Shown: positions 40,932 to 52,080, counted from the first letter of the stretch. The stretch is 64,000 nt of DNA from Candidatus Nanopelagicales bacterium (GCA_044374195.1 JBILOY010000005.1:4052-68051); one strand, 5' to 3'. Numbers and translations are program-made. The notes: generated by a model from the sequence alone, not told the origin.

Positions 40932-42106
40932 CAGTTGCTGAACCCGGTGCGCAGCCGCTGCAGCGCCTCGTTGAGCACTGCTGGTTGCTTGCAGAAAGCC
41001 CAGCGCACATAGGGGCGACCCACCTCGGGGTTATCGCAGAAGACTTCGTGCGGAATGGCAACGACACCAGCCTTCTCCGGCAGATCGCGACAGAACTGCA
41101 GGCCGCTCTCGTAGCCGAGTGGGCGAACATCGGTAGTCGCGAAGTAGGTGCCCTGCGGGCGGATCACGCGCAGCCCGATCTCTTCGAGGCCATTGCAGAG
41201 CAGGTCGCGCTTGGCGCTCAGATCCATCCGGAACTCGCGGAAGTATTCGTCGGGCAAGCGAAGCCCGGCCGCAATCGCGTACTGGAAAGGTCCGCCTGAT
41301 ACGTACGAGAGATGCTGCCGCACGACTCGCACTGCGCCGATGAGATCGGCAGGCCCGGTTGCCCATCCGACCTTCCAGCCGGTGAACGAGAATGACTTGC
41401 CCCCCGAGCCGACCGTGATGGTGCGCTCGAACATGCCCGGCAGTGTCGAGATCGGAATGTGCTGATGATCGTCGAACCACAAATGCTCGTACGCCTCGTC
41501 GGAGATCACGATGAGGTCGTTGTCGATGGCGATCCGCGCGATGCCCTCGAGTTCGTGACGGGTGAAGACGATGCCGGTCGGGTTATGCGGGGAATTGATC
41601 AGGAGGATGCGAGTGCGCGGCGTTATTGCGGCACGCAAGACATCAATATCGGGTCGATAGTCGTCGCCACCGAGCGGAACGCTGACGCGCGTGCCTCGTG
41701 CGAGAGAGATACCGGCGGCATAGATGTCGAACCATGGCTCGAACATCACCACTTCATCACCTGGCTCAATGAGCGCAAGCAATGCCGACTGCAGGGCCTC
41801 AGATGCCCCGGTGGTGACCACGACGTCAGTGACCGGATTCAGCTGAATGCCGTAGAAGCGCTGCTGGTGGAAGGCGACCGCCTCACGCAACTCAGGAAGT
41901 CCGTGGGCGGGCGGATACTGATTGCCACGGCCCTCGTCGATGGCAGTCTCGGCAACGACCTTGAGCTCCTGCGGGCCATCGGTATCGGGGAATCCCTGAC
42001 CGAGGTTGATCGCACCCACACGTGCAGCCAGCGCTGACATCTCGCCGAAGATCGAAGTCGAATGCTCGGCCATGCGCGGCACCAGCAGGGGATCTCGACG
42101 ACTCAT
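40931..42106 (-). CDS. PLP-dependent aminotransferase (class I/II)
   Basis: 391-aa ORF. INLGQGFPD, NSPHNPTG, GGKSFSFTGWKVGW (PLP-Lys context). Confidence 0.85.
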   Translation of the reverse strand: MSRRDPLLVPRMAEHSTSIFGEMSALAARVGAINLGQGFPDTDGPQELKVVAETAIDEGRGNQYPPAHGLPELREAVAFHQQRFYGIQLNPVTDVVVTTGASEALQSALLALIEPGDEVVMFEPWFDIYAAGISLARGTRVSVPLGGDDYRPDIDVLRAAITPRTRILLINSPHNPTGIVFTRHELEGIARIAIDNDLIVISDEAYEHLWFDDHQHIPISTLPGMFERTITVGSGGKSFSFTGWKVGWATGPADLIGAVRVVRQHLSYVSGGPFQYAIAAGLRLPDEYFREFRMDLSAKRDLLCNGLEEIGLRVIRPQGTYFATTDVRPLGYESGLQFCRDLPEKAGVVAIPHEVFCDNPEVGRPYVRWAFCKQPAVLNEALQRLRTGFSN

Positions 42107-42136
42107 GCCTTCACGCTAGCAAGCCATAATTGACTC

Positions 42137-43195
42137 GTGGACATAGTCGGGTCAGCAAGTGCGGCACTTCCGCAGATTGAGGCCCTCATCGACGAGGTGC
42201 TGGTGCCGGGTGCTGAGCTCGTCGATCAATTCGGAGTTCAGCGCGTCGCACTCGACCACCTTGCCGACGCAGGCTTACTGGGAACCACTCTTGCCACTCC
42301 GGAGCAGCGTGAGCTTTCTGAGCTCATCGCTCGCGCTGACGCATCGACATGGTTCTGCTGGACTCAGCACCAGGCACCCATGGTGATTCTCCGGAACTTC
42401 GCCCTGCCGGAAGCGGAGGCAGCCCACGCGCAGTTGTTGGACGACCTTGCCTCGGGCGAACGTCTTGCGGGTGTCGCCTTTGCCCATGTGCGCCGCCCCG
42501 GGCCGCCGAATCCCTCAGCAACGCGCGTCGATGGTGGTTGGCTGATCAACGGCACCTTGGACTGGGTCACGAGTTGGGATATTGCTGACGTCGTCTTGGT
42601 GATGGTGGCGACCGAAACTTCGTATCTGTGCTTCTTTCTCACTGGGGGAGAAGTCCCCTCCACGCGACCAGGAGTTGACGTGGGTGAACCGCTGCACCTG
42701 CTTGCCATGGGTGGCACGCACACACGCCCTGTGCGCTTCGACGACTGCTTTGTTTCCGACGCGGAAGCCATCACGATTCCTGACGTCGATGCCTGGCGGC
42801 GTGCGGATGATGCAAAGACTGCCAACGTGAACCCGGCGATCTTCGGAATCGCGCGCGGAGCCATCAGCGAGCTCGATGATCTTGCGACGGCGCGCGATGA
42901 TTCGAGAGTGCGAGCATTGGCGTTGAAGCTCGCAGCGGAATGCATCGATATCCGCCAACGCGGTTATGCAGCGATCGATCAGGATCTCGACGTCGACCTG
43001 CGTCTCACGATCCGCGCTGAGGCACTCGATCTCCTGATGCGTGCCTGCCTGGCAGTTGTCACTGCACGGGCAGGTGCATCAATGATGAGTGGGTGCTCTG
43101 CCGAGAGGCGTGTTCGCGAGGCCCTGTTTATGCAGGTGCAAGCTCAAACAGCCGCTACGCGTGCCGCAATGCAAGATCTCGCACTGGAGCGCTAG
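42137..43195 (+). CDS. acyl-CoA dehydrogenase-fold protein
   Basis: 352-aa ORF with GTG start. Overall ACAD-like layout (LADAGLLG, WVTSWDIADVVLV, C-terminal helical domain). Weak similarity by eye. Confidence 0.5.
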   Translation: MDIVGSASAALPQIEALIDEVLVPGAELVDQFGVQRVALDHLADAGLLGTTLATPEQRELSELIARADASTWFCWTQHQAPMVILRNFALPEAEAAHAQLLDDLASGERLAGVAFAHVRRPGPPNPSATRVDGGWLINGTLDWVTSWDIADVVLVMVATETSYLCFFLTGGEVPSTRPGVDVGEPLHLLAMGGTHTRPVRFDDCFVSDAEAITIPDVDAWRRADDAKTANVNPAIFGIARGAISELDDLATARDDSRVRALALKLAAECIDIRQRGYAAIDQDLDVDLRLTIRAEALDLLMRACLAVVTARAGASMMSGCSAERRVREALFMQVQAQTAATRAAMQDLALER

Positions 43196-43196
43196 A

Positions 43197-44657
43197 TCAC
43201 CGCTTAGCGAGAACGGCCTTCGGCGAGGAATCTGCCGAGCCAGCGTTGTTCGTCGTGCGGTGCACGCACGAGTAGAGCACGGGTTTGAGCTTGGTCACGA
43301 CCGCAACCTGGTTCTTTACGGTGCCGATACGGGCCGGGCCGCCGGCAATCGGAGTGCATCGCACGATGTCGCGCGTGACGGCAGATCCGCCGCGCTTGCC
43401 CTTGGCCACGATGAAGGTGATGACGCCCTTCTTCTGCGGAACGGCCTTGGTGATTTCGCCGGACGTGGGGACAGGTTGAGGGGTCGCGCTCACGGGAGCA
43501 GACTCCGGTGAGCTACCCGCAACGTTTCTGCCCACGGCAGTAATCGAGTACGTGGTGCCGTTGACAAGACCAGCGATTGTGCAGTGCGGGTTGAGCCCGT
43601 CCGGATGAGGGACGCTAGAGCACTCATACGCATTGCCTACTGCATCAAGAGCACGTGCGGTGAAGTCCGTCATCGCCGACGTAGGTGCAGGGTCAGCGAA
43701 GGTGACACGAAGTGCACCCGAGAGTGTTCCGACAGAAATTGCCGGTGCTGCTGGCGGAGGATCCATCTGAATGGCCCCCTCTTTCAGCAAGAAGTCGTAC
43801 ATCGCCGAGACCCGTGTGTAGACGCCCGGGTACTTGCTCGCACAGTCATCTCCCCAGCTGACGACACCGATAAGTCGCGCGGGGCCACCGAGAGCAGATA
43901 CGAGGGGTCCACCGGAGTCGCCATAACACGCATCGATCATCCGACCGGAAGTATCAGCAGCTCCGGCGCAGAGCATCGTGCTGGCGTCTGCCTCGGAAGC
44001 ACTGAAACCCTGGAAGGTCACGCCGTTCATGGCATACGTTCCACGTGCCCCGCACATCGAATCGGGGAAGGTGACCAGATTCGCGATTCGGAAGACGTCG
44101 GGGAAGGCCTTGCTGCCAGCGAGAGCGGTGGTGTTTCCCCACCCACCGACGCGCACTGCGCCGCCGCTGGTCACGTACGTGGCCATCTCTGCGGGGCTGA
44201 GTGGCGTCACCGTGGGCACGCCGTCGAGCGGCGAGGCCAAGGTGAGAACGGCAATATCGCTGTCAGACGAGTCGATGTCGTAGTTGGGATGCACGATGAC
44301 CGAGGTGACCGGGACCGGTGCAATGACCGGAGTCTTGAGACTCGGGCCAAGCAGCACCTGGATATCGGCGGCCACGGAAGTTTGCCGAGTCGACGGATCG
44401 ACAACGCAATGCGCTGCCGTCACGACCTTGGTGGGAGTCACGAGCGCTCCGCCGCAGAACTGCGCCTGATAGCCGCCACTCTGCGACATCTGCGAGGTGT
44501 CGACCAGGGCCACCAGATACGGCATTTCGGCGGCCGAGCCCTGTGCACCGTTGATGACGCGCGGGGTAAGGGTCGCGGCCTGGCTCGGTGAAGCGGCAGC
44601 GAACCCGGTGATGAGCATGCCCAGCACAGCGAGTGCGGCAACGAGTCGGCGTCTCAT
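43197..44657 (-). CDS. secreted trypsin-like (S1) serine protease with C-terminal fibronectin-III-like domains
   Basis: 486-aa ORF with signal peptide. RVINGAQG, TAAHC, DIAVL, GDSGGPL. The C-terminal ~170 aa contain FN3-like LVNGTTYSITAVGRNVAGSS. Confidence 0.85.
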   Translation of the reverse strand: MRRRLVAALAVLGMLITGFAAASPSQAATLTPRVINGAQGSAAEMPYLVALVDTSQMSQSGGYQAQFCGGALVTPTKVVTAAHCVVDPSTRQTSVAADIQVLLGPSLKTPVIAPVPVTSVIVHPNYDIDSSDSDIAVLTLASPLDGVPTVTPLSPAEMATYVTSGGAVRVGGWGNTTALAGSKAFPDVFRIANLVTFPDSMCGARGTYAMNGVTFQGFSASEADASTMLCAGAADTSGRMIDACYGDSGGPLVSALGGPARLIGVVSWGDDCASKYPGVYTRVSAMYDFLLKEGAIQMDPPPAAPAISVGTLSGALRVTFADPAPTSAMTDFTARALDAVGNAYECSSVPHPDGLNPHCTIAGLVNGTTYSITAVGRNVAGSSPESAPVSATPQPVPTSGEITKAVPQKKGVITFIVAKGKRGGSAVTRDIVRCTPIAGGPARIGTVKNQVAVVTKLKPVLYSCVHRTTNNAGSADSSPKAVLAKR

Positions 44658-44745
44658 ATCCCCAGATTACGTCGGCAGGCGGCAGCAAGTTCCCGACCAC
44701 CGGCGGTGATCAGGGGTTTGACTGAAGCATCGGAGCGTTGGTTCC

Positions 44746-45156
44746 CTAATGCCGAGTGGAGATTTCCAGGATCAGGTCTCGTAAGCCCGTGACAGGGCCA
44801 GTCTCCCAACCTCGGAGTTCGGCTGTGCGGAGGTCGACCCCCGCAGAGCCCAGCACGTGGACCCGGGCATCGGGCCATCCCTCGCTGACGACCGGGTAAT
44901 CCGGGTCGATCAACACGTAGGCCATCACCTGTCTGCGGGCAGCTCGCTGGGCCAGGGCCACGGCCGGCAGTAGGGCGGCAAGATCTCCGACCGCCACGAT
45001 CACCAAGGGCGGTGTCGGGGCCAAACGGGTGATCTCGGCGCAGACTCGAGCGGCCAGCGGTGCCTCGCCGGCCGGCGCCAGCACCCTCGTCACCGCCAGG
45101 TCGTCAAGGCCTGGCGCATCGCCGAGCACCATCACGTTCGTCACGGCGCTGAGCAT
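44746..45156 (-). CDS. hypothetical protein
   Basis: 136-aa ORF with coding-like composition, divergent from pyrE with only 11 nt between starts. The true start may be ATG 45132. No family recognised. Confidence 0.4.
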   Translation of the reverse strand: MLSAVTNVMVLGDAPGLDDLAVTRVLAPAGEAPLAARVCAEITRLAPTPPLVIVAVGDLAALLPAVALAQRAARRQVMAYVLIDPDYPVVSEGWPDARVHVLGSAGVDLRTAELRGWETGPVTGLRDLILEISTRH

Positions 45157-45167
45157 AGGGTTGGGGC

Positions 45168-45710
45168 ATGCCTAGCGACGCGTGGAATCAGCTCCGTGAC
45201 CAGATCATCGAGAAGGCCGTGGTGCGCGGCAAGGTAATTCTCTCCAGCGGACGAGAGGCCGACTACTACGTTGACCTGCGGCGCGTGACCCTCGACAGCG
45301 TTGCAGCGCCTCTTATCGGCCAGGTCATGCGCGAATTGACCGCTGATCTCGACTTCGATGCCGTCGGCGGTCTCACCCTAGGCGCTGACCCGGTCGCGAC
45401 CGCGATGATGCATGACGCCGCCAGCCATGGCGAGCAGCTCAACGCCTTCGTCGTGCGCAAGTCGGAGAAGGCACATGGTCTGCAGCGCCGCATCGAAGGC
45501 CCCTCAGTGGCCGGCAAGCGCGTGCTGGCAGTCGAGGACACCTCGACCACTGGCTCCTCCGTACTCACCGCAGTCGATGCACTCGCGGAGGATGGCGCGA
45601 CCACCATTGCCTGCGCCGTGATCGTGGACCGCGGCGCGCGAGCGGCTGTCGAGGAGCGCGGATTCGAGTACCGGGCCGCCTACTCGCTGGCTGATCTCGG
45701 CCTCGAGTAG
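45168..45710 (+). CDS. pyrE: orotate phosphoribosyltransferase
   Basis: 180-aa ORF. LSSGREADYYVD, PRPP-binding VLAVEDTSTTGSS. Confidence 0.92.
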   Translation: MPSDAWNQLRDQIIEKAVVRGKVILSSGREADYYVDLRRVTLDSVAAPLIGQVMRELTADLDFDAVGGLTLGADPVATAMMHDAASHGEQLNAFVVRKSEKAHGLQRRIEGPSVAGKRVLAVEDTSTTGSSVLTAVDALAEDGATTIACAVIVDRGARAAVEERGFEYRAAYSLADLGLE

Positions 45711-45851
45711 TCACGCGGGCTGAAGAATTCGGCCTAATGAACAGCGTTGCCCATGTTTTTCCTGGTAACTGGTGCTTTTTCGGTCTCCGCTTAGTCTTAG
45801 TGGAGCGCGCATGAGGATCGTGCGATGCCGATCAGCAGAGGAGGTCGTGAC

Positions 45852-46571
45852 ATGACCGCAGAAGATGTCGACCTGACACCGACCGAGGGCTCGCCCGTCG
45901 GCCGGCGGATCGTGCTGGGCATGGTGGGGGTCGGTGCTGTCGGTGTCGTTCTCGGCAAGCAGCTGACCAGCATGACCTCGAGCGCTGTCGGAGCCGTGGC
46001 TCCACAGCTCCAGAGCGTTATCCCTGCCACCGGCGGGTTCCGCATCTACACCGTCACCAACGGATACCCGGAGATGACGAAGGAGGCGTACCGACTGAAG
46101 ATCACCTCAGGCCCGAAAGTCACGACGCTCACCTTTGCCGATCTTGCCGCGATGCCGCAGACGTCAATGACCAAGGACTTCCAGTGCGTCACCGGCTGGC
46201 GAGTTGAGGATGTCCCGTGGGCGGGCGTTCTGCTCAGCGACATCATCACCGAATTCGGTCTCGATGAGCATGGCACCGCCCTCGCCTTCACTTCCTTCGA
46301 TGGCGCTTACACCGAGTCGCTCACGATGGAGCAGGGGATGCGTCCCGATGTTCTCGTGGCCTCGTCGATGTACGGCGCACCCATTTCGCGGGAGCACGGT
46401 GGCCCGGTCCGCCTGCTCGTCGCGCCCATGTATGCCTACAAGTCGATCAAGTGGCTCGATGGCATTGAGGCGACACCTGTCGTCGAGCCCGGTTACTGGG
46501 AACTCCGCGGTTACGACATCGATGCCTGGGTGGGCAAGTCGAATGGGCGCAGTGATGCTCCGGTCGTCTGA
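45852..46571 (+). CDS. molybdopterin-dependent oxidoreductase (sulfite-oxidase fold, MsrP/YedY-like)
   Basis: Start trimmed to ATG 45852, with GAGGAGG 7 nt upstream. N-terminal RR-containing hydrophobic segment. DFQCVTGWRVEDVPWAGV, HGGPVRLLVP. Confidence 0.8.
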   Translation: MTAEDVDLTPTEGSPVGRRIVLGMVGVGAVGVVLGKQLTSMTSSAVGAVAPQLQSVIPATGGFRIYTVTNGYPEMTKEAYRLKITSGPKVTTLTFADLAAMPQTSMTKDFQCVTGWRVEDVPWAGVLLSDIITEFGLDEHGTALAFTSFDGAYTESLTMEQGMRPDVLVASSMYGAPISREHGGPVRLLVAPMYAYKSIKWLDGIEATPVVEPGYWELRGYDIDAWVGKSNGRSDAPVV

Positions 46572-46575
46572 GGCC

Positions 46576-47193
46576 ATGCTGCGCCGATTCTCCACGGCCG
46601 AGCGATGGACTCATCGACTGATCGCGCTCGACGTCACTCTGCTAATCGTGACTGCTGCATTCCTCTACATCCCGGATATCAGCGCACTCGTGGGTAATCG
46701 GTACTTCTTCAAGATCTCGCACGTCATCCTGGGATTCGCGCTTCCGATACCGATCATCATCGCCTTCTTCTTCCTTGCCTTCCGCCTTGATGTTCGCAGG
46801 CTCAACCGATTCACGAAGGTCGACCGGCAGTGGCTGCGCCCGGGCAATCGCCAGCGGCGAGAACTCGAGGTGGGTAAGTTCAATGCTGGCCAGAAGCTCA
46901 ACTCTGCATTCCAATTCGGCGCGATCATCGTCATGCTCGTGACGGGAGCGATGCTCTGGTTTAACGGACTGTTCTCTGTCGATATCCGCACCGGAGCCAC
47001 CTTCGTGCATGACTGGCTTGCGTTGATCGTCACCGTCGTCGTGATCGGCCACGTCTACATGGCCATGCGTGACCCCTATGCGCGTCAGGGCCTGCGTACG
47101 GGCTTTGTGCCTCGAGAGTGGGCCGAGCGCGAGCACCGCGGCTGGGCACGAGCGATGACTGGCGAAGAGTCGAGCGGCGCGCGCGTCGACTAA
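46576..47193 (+). CDS. cytochrome b-type membrane subunit (MsrQ/YedZ- or FdnI-like)
   Basis: Start trimmed to ATG 46576; the track ORF from 46204 is an out-of-gene extension overlapping the upstream CDS. 4 TM helices with conserved His (RWTHRLIAL, HVILG, HDWLALIVTVVVIGH). Confidence 0.7.
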   Translation: MLRRFSTAERWTHRLIALDVTLLIVTAAFLYIPDISALVGNRYFFKISHVILGFALPIPIIIAFFFLAFRLDVRRLNRFTKVDRQWLRPGNRQRRELEVGKFNAGQKLNSAFQFGAIIVMLVTGAMLWFNGLFSVDIRTGATFVHDWLALIVTVVVIGHVYMAMRDPYARQGLRTGFVPREWAEREHRGWARAMTGEESSGARVD

Positions 47194-47837
47194 GCACGCT
47201 GGCGACGGTGCTTGATCCACTCGATCACGACCGGGATCACGCTGACAAAAATGACCAGGAGCAGGATCAACTCGATGTTCTTCTTGACGAATTCGATGTT
47301 GCCGAGAAAGTAGCCGAGGATCGTGATGCCTCCGGCCCAGATCACGCCGCCGATGGCGCTGAAGGTGATGAAGCGTCGGAAATTCATGCCGCCCATGCCC
47401 GCCATGGCCGTGATGAATGTGCGGACAATCGGCACGAACCGTGCCATGACGATCGCGCGAGCACCGTACTTCTCGAAGAAGTGGCCGGTCTTCTCCACGT
47501 ACACGCGTTTGAACAGCTTCGAGTCAGGCTTTCGAAATAGCGCTGGTCCGGCCTTCTTGCCGATCCAATAGCCCACGGCGTTGCCGACAATCGCGGCGAT
47601 CGTCAGCAGGATTGCGCCAAGCCAGATGTTCATCGAGATGAAGCCCTGGGCGATGAAGAGTCCGGTGACGAAGAGCAGTGAGTCGCCGGGCAGGAAGAAG
47701 CCGATCAGCAGGCCGCACTCAGCGAAGATGATCCCCAGCACGACCCAGAAGGCGATGTCGCCGAAGTTGGTAAGGATGGTCTCGGGGTTCAACCAGGATG
47801 GGCCAAGTGCAGTCACAGCGCTAAGTACGGGGGTCAC
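47190..47837 (-). CDS. DedA family membrane protein
   Basis: Start trimmed to GTG 47837 (47843 also possible); the upstream extension is Arg-rich. FLPGDSLLF motif and TM helices. Confidence 0.8.
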   Translation of the reverse strand: MTPVLSAVTALGPSWLNPETILTNFGDIAFWVVLGIIFAECGLLIGFFLPGDSLLFVTGLFIAQGFISMNIWLGAILLTIAAIVGNAVGYWIGKKAGPALFRKPDSKLFKRVYVEKTGHFFEKYGARAIVMARFVPIVRTFITAMAGMGGMNFRRFITFSAIGGVIWAGGITILGYFLGNIEFVKKNIELILLLVIFVSVIPVVIEWIKHRRQRA

Positions 47838-47860
47838 GCCCACCAGGCTATCGTCGGCGT

Positions 47861-48511
47861 GTGGATGAGCCTGACCCCCGCGCCGACGATGATCTCGAGC
47901 TGAACGGCGTAGGCCCGCATCCGATTCCTTGGCCAAACGATGATCGACTTGATCCTGAACTGCTGGGCAACGGCGACCGCAGAAATGTCGTCGACGAATA
48001 TCGATACTGGCGACTCGAGGCGATCGTCGAGGATCTCGACGCCAGGCGACATCCGTTCCACGTGGCCATCGAGAATTTCAACCACGACTTCAATATCGGC
48101 TCCGTCGTGCGTACCGCGAATGCCTTCTTGGCGAAGGAAGTTCACATCGTGGGCCGCAAGCGCTGGAATCGTCGCGGAGCCATGGTCACCGACAGATATC
48201 AGCATGTGCGTCATCACGAGAGCGCATTGGAGCTCGCCGCATGGTGCCGTGCTAATGACGTTGTGCTGATCGGTATCGACAACCTGCCTGGTTGCGTGCC
48301 GATTGAGACGTTCGATCTGCCCGCGAATTCGATGCTGCTGTTCGGTCAGGAAGGAGAAGGTCTGACTGAAGAGGCGAGGGCTGAGGTCACCGCCGTTCTC
48401 TCCATCGCTCAGTACGGCTCTACCCGCTCCATTAATGCAGGGGCAGCCGCGGCTATCGCCATGCACGCCTGGGTGAGACGACACGCATTCGGGCAGATCC
48501 CTTCGACGTAA
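47861..48511 (+). CDS. TrmH/SpoU-family RNA 2'-O-methyltransferase
   Basis: 216-aa ORF with GTG start. NIGSVVRTANAF, LLFGQEGEGL, GSTRSINAGAAAAIA (SPOUT motifs). Confidence 0.85.
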   Translation: MDEPDPRADDDLELNGVGPHPIPWPNDDRLDPELLGNGDRRNVVDEYRYWRLEAIVEDLDARRHPFHVAIENFNHDFNIGSVVRTANAFLAKEVHIVGRKRWNRRGAMVTDRYQHVRHHESALELAAWCRANDVVLIGIDNLPGCVPIETFDLPANSMLLFGQEGEGLTEEARAEVTAVLSIAQYGSTRSINAGAAAAIAMHAWVRRHAFGQIPST

Positions 48512-48537
48512 CGTCGCGCCAATAGACTCACGCGGCA

Positions 48538-50202
48538 ATGTCTAACCGGAAATCACCTCTGCGCCTATGGCAGCAGCAGGCTCTCGCCCAGTACATCGAG
48601 GCGAACCCGAAGGATTACTTAGTCACGGCAACTCCGGGAGCAGGAAAGACGACTTTCGCACTCGCCCTTGCCCTTCATCTGATGAACAAGCGTGCGATCG
48701 ATCGCGTGATCGTCGTCGTACCAACGGATCACCTGCGCACGCAGTGGGCCGATGCTGCTAGTGCGGTCTCGCTCGTGCTTGACCCGAAGCTCGCGAATGC
48801 CGACGGCCCGGTGCGCGGTGACACGAGCGGTTACATCACGACCTATGCACAGGTCGCCTCGCATCCGATGCTGCATCGCGCACGAGCAACAGCGAAGCGA
48901 ACATTGGTGATTCTCGATGAGATCCACCATGCGGGTGACAGCCTGTCGTGGGGCGATGCCGTGCAGAACGCGTTCAGCGAGGCGCAGCGGCGTCTTTGCC
49001 TGACAGGCACACCGTTTCGCACCAAGCCCGAAGAGCGGATCCCGTTCGTGCAGTACTCATCGCCCTCGTCCGACGAGATCATGTCAATGGCCGATTACAC
49101 GTATGGCTATCGCGAGGCTCTCGCCGACGCGGTCGTACGGCCCGTTGTCTTCGCCGCCTACTCAGGCACGAGCCGTTGGATGAACTCAGCGGGTGATGTC
49201 CTGAGTGCCTCGCTTTCCGATGCAGGAACCAAGCGTCGCGAGGAAACCGCGTGGCGCACGGCGCTCAACCCCGAGGGCAAGTGGATCCCGCATGTGATTG
49301 CCGCGGCTGATCGGCGTCTGTCGGATGTACGTGACTCCGGGATGCCCGACGCCGCCGCCCTGATGCTCGCGACAGATCAGGAGACCGCGCGCGCGTATGC
49401 GAAGTTGGTCAAGAAGATCACGGGTCACACGCCGGTGCTGGTTCTCTCCGATGATCCGAAGTCGAGCAAGAAGATCGAGGAGTTCAATCGCAGTCAGGAC
49501 CGGTGGATGGTCGCCGTTCGACAGGTCTCTGAGGGCGTCGACATCGTCCGGCTGAACGTGTGTGTCTGGACGACTAGTTACCGAACGCCGCTGTTCTTCG
49601 CGCAGGCAGTGGGCCGCGTGGTGCGCGCCCGCAACTCACGGGAAACGGCGACCGTGTTCATCCCCGCGGTTCGCCCTTTGTTAGCACTCGCTGCCGAACT
49701 CGAAGAGCAGCGCAACCACGTCGTCAAGTTCCCGTCAGGCGCGGCTCTCGATGACTCGCAGATTGAGCGCCTCATCTCAGAGCCCGGTCTGCCTGAGTTC
49801 ACCGCACTGGACTCTGAGGCCGAGTTCGCCCACGTACTGCACGGTGGCCGCGCCCACACTGCAGAGGTAGCTCCCGAGGATGCCGACTTCCTCGGACTTC
49901 CCGGCCTGCTCACGCCGGAGCAAACTGCGACTCTTCTTGCCGTGCGCGATGCGGATATTCGCAAGAGCGGAACTCTCTTCGATGAGCTCGACGTAGCCGG
50001 TAACGGCACGCATTGGCGCGATGTTGATGCGCTGCGCAAGGAGGTCGCCGGATTGGTGCGTCAGTGGTCGGCTCGCACCTCTCGTAACCATGCCGAGATC
50101 CACGGTGAACTTCGTAAGGTCGCGCCCGGCCCGCCCAGTGCGGCTGCGCCAGTCGAGGTGCTCATGGCACGCCGCGATTACCTGCTCAGCAAGGTTGGCT
50201 GA
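48538..50202 (+). CDS. superfamily-2 DEAD/DEAH-box helicase
   Basis: 554-aa ORF. Walker A TPGAGKT, DEIHH, LTGTPFR, VSEGVDI, QAVGRVVR. Confidence 0.85.
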   Translation: MSNRKSPLRLWQQQALAQYIEANPKDYLVTATPGAGKTTFALALALHLMNKRAIDRVIVVVPTDHLRTQWADAASAVSLVLDPKLANADGPVRGDTSGYITTYAQVASHPMLHRARATAKRTLVILDEIHHAGDSLSWGDAVQNAFSEAQRRLCLTGTPFRTKPEERIPFVQYSSPSSDEIMSMADYTYGYREALADAVVRPVVFAAYSGTSRWMNSAGDVLSASLSDAGTKRREETAWRTALNPEGKWIPHVIAAADRRLSDVRDSGMPDAAALMLATDQETARAYAKLVKKITGHTPVLVLSDDPKSSKKIEEFNRSQDRWMVAVRQVSEGVDIVRLNVCVWTTSYRTPLFFAQAVGRVVRARNSRETATVFIPAVRPLLALAAELEEQRNHVVKFPSGAALDDSQIERLISEPGLPEFTALDSEAEFAHVLHGGRAHTAEVAPEDADFLGLPGLLTPEQTATLLAVRDADIRKSGTLFDELDVAGNGTHWRDVDALRKEVAGLVRQWSARTSRNHAEIHGELRKVAPGPPSAAAPVEVLMARRDYLLSKVG

Positions 50203-50779
50203 GCCTGTCGAATGCGAGGGAGCCGGCGATCGGTGACCACCGGCTCCCGCCTAGACAGACCTCTGCAGACGCATTCTTCGCGTGTTTGAAACCGAGCAGT
50301 GCCAGAGCCAGGAGCACTAACGCGGCGGCAAACGCTACCCAGGCGGCAATGATCGCGACGGTACCGATCGTCCAGAACGCGTAGGCATTGAGCAGCATTC
50401 CGCGGATCGACTCGCCCATGAATAGCGTGGTGCGAGCTTGTGCGAGCTCGGGATCCTTCATTCCGCCCGCTATCCATTCGCCGCTTACCTCGGAGTAGGT
50501 CTTCCCTCCGCCGATGCCTTGCATGTGCGCGGCGACGAGGTCGCTGTAGGCCTGTGCGGTCGGGCCATCGACGACAGCAACGCCGGCATATGAGACGAGT
50601 TCAGCTGGCAATTCGGCAGAGTCAGCAGCAAAGGTGATCTTCTGCGTGGTGAGCTCTTCGGTAACGGTGTTGTGTGCGAATGACCCACCCCAAAGAAGTA
50701 AGGCACCGGCCGCGGCAATGACAACTGCCATGACAAGACCACTGATCGATACGACGCGATCAACCTTTTGACGACCCAT
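50186..50779 (-). CDS. conserved membrane protein (2 TM helices flanking an extracytoplasmic domain)
   Basis: Start trimmed to ATG 50779, with AGGAG upstream. Its 3' end overlaps the helicase stop by 17 nt. Confidence 0.55.
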   Translation of the reverse strand: MGRQKVDRVVSISGLVMAVVIAAAGALLLWGGSFAHNTVTEELTTQKITFAADSAELPAELVSYAGVAVVDGPTAQAYSDLVAAHMQGIGGGKTYSEVSGEWIAGGMKDPELAQARTTLFMGESIRGMLLNAYAFWTIGTVAIIAAWVAFAAALVLLALALLGFKHAKNASAEVCLGGSRWSPIAGSLAFDRLSQPC

Positions 50780-51042
50780 GATGCTTACTCCTCTTTCCCC
50801 CGCGCCCTCGTGAGGCACGTCGTGCGTGACCACTTGTCACCTGTTCAACTATCGCGCCGATGACTAGGCCCGCAGGTTGCCGAAAGTCGTGGGTATGCGG
50901 GACGTAGGTCCTGCGCGAGTGATCAGGGTTGGAGCGTTCCCACTTATGTGGGCGTCCAGGTACCCGAGCCTGGTGCGACATGTCACATTCGCGAGTGGGA
51001 TGATGACTACGCGTACATCCACCCATCTTCAGGAGTAATCAG

Positions 51043-52065
<1,023 letters not shown>

Positions 52066-52080
52066 TCACACGCGGTATTC

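Noticed and set aside
50780-51042. 263-nt intergenic region upstream of fbaA with short palindromes (GTGACcacttGTCAC, GACATGTC, CCAGGtacccgagCCTGG).
   Set aside because: The arms are only 4-5 bp and are expected by chance in a region this size. No repeat phasing or recognisable RNA motif is present.
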